Source: Catajapyx aquilonaris | Lineage: Eukaryota | DNA length: 52,257 nt | Assembly (NCBI GenBank): GCA_000934665.2 | Contig: KZ538713.1 | Coordinates: 1 to 52,257 of the forward strand | Direction of reading: 5' to 3' | Shown: positions 47,290 to 52,257 of the stretch, piece by piece | Layout: each line of letters starts with the position of its first letter | How positions within the stretch are numbered: the first letter of the stretch is position 1 | Notes under the pieces: model-generated | What the model was told of the DNA's origin: nothing | Seen by the model: the letters and a program-made list of their open reading frames with translations, nothing else | Database searches by the model: none | Translations under genes and position numbers: made by a program

Positions 47290-50200
47290 TCAACACTTGA
47301 CTTTTTTTCTTCGAATATAAATCTTCACTTCTCCGTCGGGCAGCTTCTTCATGCAGTTCCAGGCTTCTATCCTAGACATTGTTGACATGTCCATGCCGTT
47401 CATCGAGACAATTTCGTCACCAACGTAAAGGTTCCCTGACTTCTCTGCGACTCCACCTGCAATGAATTGACATGACATTACTTTTTGTTCAATGATTACA
47501 GTGTTCATTAATTGACTGGATAGAGTTATATTCTATTGACATTAATCTTTAACAGGTACGGTATATTACCAATGAAGATCTTCTTGATCGTGAGAGGCCT
47601 ATCCCCCAGCGGTGAGTCTTTCCCACCTTCCAGACTGAAGCCGAGGCCACCACCTTCCTTCTGAAGTGTCACCTCTTGGGAAATGCCGCTGGCACCTGTA
47701 AGTAAGTAGGCCCATTAAGATGACTGCCCCTGTTACATGCTCATTAGCTTCAAACAGCACCTGTGTCGACTGAGCTTGTCCTGGAGTGACTGACCACCAC
47801 TGGGACTGCGTCTGGAGAAGCTTGTGCTAGTCCATCCTGAGACTCCCTGTTCCTAGAGATTACCAAAACAACCTCGGGTCTTGGAGCCTGGAATGTTACG
47901 AGGTGATTACTATGGGACCTCTTCATAGGCAGTGCAAATGACCTGTTTACTGCACCTTGAGAAGGTTGAGGGCCTCTCGGTGTGTGAGACCCTTGAGGCT
48001 CCTCCCATTGATACTGAGAACCCTGTCCCCTCTTTGCAGCCGACCGTCCTTGGCAGCCAGGCTGCCTGAGATCACCCTATGCACTGTGACCTCTTTGGTC
48101 TCATGGTCTGCCCCTCCAGCCAGGGTCACCCCCACGCCTCCTCCTGAGGACTCCCGCTGGAGGGTCACCACCAAGACCATCTGGGGTTCCTCTGTCGATT
48201 GGTTCGCTTCCTCCAAAAGCTGCTGCAGCTCCTGTTGGATAAAAATAACCATTGTTGTAGGTCATATGTGGGTTTTGACATAGCGCAATACCGACTCACC
48301 TGAGGAGAGATGAGACTGACACTGGATGCAATTGAGTTCATGCTCCCAAAGGGATCCCTTGACCCAATGGACCCGAGACTGTTCATTGACCCATACATTG
48401 CATGGGTAGCAGCAGAGGTTGTGCTGTCTTCACTGGCAGTCGAGTCTTGAGATGACATCCGCACGTGATTGTGGACAGCGTTGCTGGCACGAGGAAGGGC
48501 CTGCTGCCGGACTGTGGGCTGCTCAGGCTCCAGTTTGCTCCCATTGCAGACGGGGGGTGAGGTCACAGGGGACTTACTGTCAAAGGCCTTTCTTATGTCC
48601 TGGACACTGCAGGACCGAGGAGAGGCTTGCAAAGGTTTCACCTAAGGGTAAACAATTTGAGTCATGTAAAACTGGGGTCAAATTTGGATGGCACTTGGTT
48701 ACATGTGCATGCCATACCTCAATTGACTTGTCTGGTCTCCGCAGCATTTCTCTGGCTTTGGGTATAGGTTGGCAGTCTTCGGAGATGGCTGGTGATGTGA
48801 TTTTGTCAACTTGTGCATTAGTCTGTGGTCTGGTTGGCACTTTACGAAGCATTGGCTTGACCTAGGAGGAGAAAAATGATTAGAATATTGTCCCTTGTTG
48901 TAATTTTTAAGTTAAGTTATGCCTATATTACAATGAGGGATACCTGGTCAGCAGTTCCATTGACCTTCCTCTCCACCGACACCACTTCAGGAGGAGGTGT
49001 CGGTTTCCTCACTTCAGGTTCACTGCCCGCTTTACCAGGGGTGGGTTCTTCAGATAATTGCTGCCACTTTTCAGCCAAGGCCCTGAAACCCCTGCCCCTC
49101 ACTGCTGCTGTTGTCGGTGGTGGTGATGGCTCTACTGCCACTGCTCCCACATCTTTGCTGTACTTCTTGGTCAGCTCAGACCACCTGTCTTCTGAGGGAG
49201 CCTCGATGGCCATTGCCTGTGCCACTGTCTTTTCAATGGAGTCAATGTCTGCCTCCACACCAGCACTGGACATGAAGTCATCCGGTATCTTCACCTCACA
49301 AGGCCGCTCTGGCAGGAACTCTTCCTTGGACTTGACAACCGCCTTGAACTCCCTGCTGTACCCAGTGATGGTGGGCAAGCTGGCTGCTTGCTTGCCCACA
49401 TAGTCATCACATATCTCATTGACATACGCCATGTGAATCTCCATCTCTTGTATGGACTGCACCGGGTTGTCAGACGTGAAGAGCGGGAGGCTCCGTGGTC
49501 CATCGCTTCCTGGTGACATGACCCCGTTGCAATACGAAGGTGTCTGCTCATCTTCAGTGGACTCCAGCAGCTGACCACTGGAGAAACTGGATGGTTCCAG
49601 CTCGGATGTGGATGACTCCGGTGAGGAACCTTCCTCATCATCCGCTTCAACCTCACCGTCATACCGGAAGCGACGTCTTATCTCAGGCGAGTCAACACCA
49701 CCAGACTTGCCAGATCTGAAACAGTTGGTTGTTGGTAATAAGTGACATCAACATGTAAAATATGCTGGATATATGAGTAGGCCTACCCGTACTGACACAT
49801 TGCATTACGCACTTGTATTGTTTATGCCATTGCTACAACCCAAGTTAAGAGCTGACGTTAGCAACTTTAAGCTTTTTTTAAAGACTTGAAGGTAAAAGGT
49901 CAACAATTCTTTTTTCCCAACGCTGATGCAACTCTTGCAGCACAACATGAGGTAACTGCCATAATAGTAAAAATAAAAATCTGACTAAACTATCCATAGT
50001 GTTAGAATTAAGGTGACCTGTACTTGGCAGAGTGCAGGACATTCTTCCGGTTGATGGCCTCAACACTCTTTGGCTTGAGGACCCTCTTGCTGGCACCACT
50101 CTCAGGGGTTGGCGACAAAGGAGGGGACAGTCCATGTGAGATGCTGGACCGGCTGGAGCTCACAGCTGAGTCGTTGTCACTGTCGTCCGTCCGGTACTCC

Positions 50201-51188
50201 CGCTTGCTCCTGACCGTCTGCTGCATCTTCGGCGACTTGTTGTCCCCTGTCTTCTGGGCCTCAGACGGCGAAGGGTTGTTGAACTCGAAGCTGACGTCTG
50301 ACCTGGGCGACGTGATGCTCTCCAGGGACTTTGGCTCTGTCGCAGTACCGGAGTACACTGGTTGGGCCTTGTACACCACGAACGGCTTGCGCTTGAACGC
50401 CGGTGAGTACTTGGGGACACTGGCCGGTACCGTCTTCCAGGAGGGCTCTGTGGCGTCCGTGGTGTCCACTGCCGGGTATGTCCTGGGCGGTGAGGTGGGC
50501 ACAGCAGCTTGGGCCACCAGAAGGGACTCCCGGCTCACTATTTTGGGGAGGTCAAATGTCGTGGGCTGTACCTCCGTCTTCTCCGGTATGACCAGTCCAC
50601 GCAGTTTGCACATGCTCTTCCGTCTCTGCTCGATCAGGGTGCTGAGAGACACCTTCCGGATCTGGTCAACGTCACCAGTACTGTGCCGCTTGCTTGGTCC
50701 ACCCATCAGGTCCACCAGACTCTGTGACCGCTCATGGAGACCATCTTTGACCCACCGTTTGACCTCAGGCTTCTCCTCTAGCTTCTCTGGTGGTGGGGTC
50801 ATCTTAGCACCTCTAGGAAGACTCGCGGTCTCGTATGGCTTCCGGACATCCTCCTGGGTCATGCATCTGGACATGGGCTTGGAAGGTCGGGGCACCGGTG
50901 GTACCGAGTCGTTGACGGACGAGAACATTGCGATCTTGTCCTTCACACTCTTCTCACTCTTCTCGTCCTGTCGTTGGAACCGTCCTACCGGTTTCTTCGG
51001 AGGACTTGACCCTGGAAGTGGCGGTACCTCCTGGTCCTTCGTACCCTCGTCGTTGAACCCAAACGGAGGTTGAAGTACCGGTGGCACCTCCTTCCTCAGC
51101 AGCTCGTGGTAGTTGGGCGGAAACTCATGTCCGTCCGGTGGCAATCGGGACATTGGAGCCGGTACGTCCGACTTGGACGACTCCATCA
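47290..51188 (-). CDS. bbg: Big bang / pro-IL-16 / PDZD2-like multi-PDZ scaffold, last 8 exons (gene begins beyond the right edge)
   Basis: Exons 51188-50018, 49715-48944, 48861-48718, 48641-48300, 48231-47956, 47887-47761, 47695-47570, 47456-47290, phase-consistent. Two C-terminal PDZ domains (GVGVTLAGG...[40 protein letters not shown]...GDEIVSMNG) and an [10 protein letters not shown] motif. Confidence 0.88.
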
Positions 51189-51589
51189 CTGTAAGACATA
51201 AAAGAGTCAGTTGATCGCAGATTCCTTCCGACTAGTTTTTCCACTTAGCAACCATAGTGCGCCATGGCGATGATGGAAGGCCACCAAACTGGTTGGTACA
51301 TTTAACCCACGCCATGACGCGGAACGCCCTGAAAGTGTGCCCTTTACTTATGGTGAGTATGGTCTCTATATAAGGAGACTTCCAGGGGGTGGACAACGAT
51401 TTGTTGTCCAACAAAACTGACTTGGGGTGGAGTCGATGCTACGATACCGAGCGAGGTCAACTTGGGTCGGGGTTGCTATCGCTATGCTCATTGTTCAGTG
51501 TCCCAACAAATGGATGGAACTTACAAGTCAGCAAAATTCAGACGCTGTAACCTTGACTCCTATTCGTAGAAAGTAACAGCTGATACTCC

Positions 51590-52080
51590 CGTTTCGCAGA
51601 AAGAAATTATTTGAGTAGCTCACAAGGAAATTTTTGAGTATCTCACAAGGAAATTTTTGAGTATCGCAGAAAGGAATAATAATTTTGAGTATCGCAAAGG
51701 AATGATTTGAGTAGCTCACAAGGAATTTGTTGAGTATCACAGAAAGGAATAGTAATTATGAGTATCGCAGAAAAGAATGATTTGAGTAGCTCACAAGGAA
51801 ATCTTTGAGTATCGCAGAGGGGAATAATAATTTTGAGTATCGCAGAAAAGAATGATTTGAGTAGCTCACAAGGAAATTTTTGAGTATCGCAGAGGTTGCG
51901 CAGAGGGGAATAATAATTTTGAGTATCGCAGACAGGAATTATTTGAGTAGCTCACAAGGTAATTTTTGAGTATCGCAGAGGGGAATAATAATCTTGAGTA
52001 TCGCAGACAGGAATGATTAATTGTGTAGCTCACAAGGAAATTTTTGAGTATCGCAGAAATATATTTGACTAGCTCATATG
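51590..52080. repeat. Compound minisatellite (gagtagctcacaaggaaattttt / gagtatcgcagaaaggaataataatttt) in an intron of the PDZ gene
   Basis: Many tandem ~21-28 bp related units beginning ttgagta. Confidence 0.9.
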
Positions 52081-52257
52081 GAAAATTTATCACGTGACGT
52101 TTCAGTGGTCCCAACAAAAGCGATGAAACTCTGTAAAATTCATACTGTAACCTTGACTCCTATATGTAGAAAGTAACCGATACGGGACCTATCAGGTTCA
52201 CATCCTACGGCTATAAAAATCGCTGTTATCAGCGCTTATCGACTGTTGATTAACTGT

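Noticed and set aside
50024..51073. 349-aa + strand ORF
   Set aside because: Antisense shadow of the large PDZ-gene exon, with no recognisable domain.

Overview
Eukaryotic, most likely arthropod/insect, genomic DNA with short GT-AG introns. There are five protein-coding genes. (1) The 5' part of a Shc adaptor gene (- strand, runs off the left end), apparently with a long N-terminal extension. (2) A complete 5-exon alpha-arrestin (ARRDC-like) gene (-). (3,4) Two complete 15-exon insulin/IGF receptor paralogues in convergent orientation: InR-a (+, 22364-35218, ~1497 aa) and InR-b (-, 45899-39443, ~1434 aa). (5) The 3' part of a big bang/IL-16-like PDZ gene (-, runs off the right end). InR-b has an intact kinase that appears gene-converted with InR-a, but its ectodomain and tail are remodelled: the Cys524-equivalent dimer cysteine is lost, the furin site is degenerate, the alphaCT ligand-binding helix is altered, and the tail has gained tyrosines. 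The InR-a promoter/first exon is bracketed by two convergent tandem arrays of CTCF-like motifs and lies near FOXO, YY1/Pho and DR1 elements. Non-coding DNA also holds tRNA-derived SINEs, hairpin MITEs and minisatellites. All exon calls come from manual reading of splice sites and phase; no database search was run.
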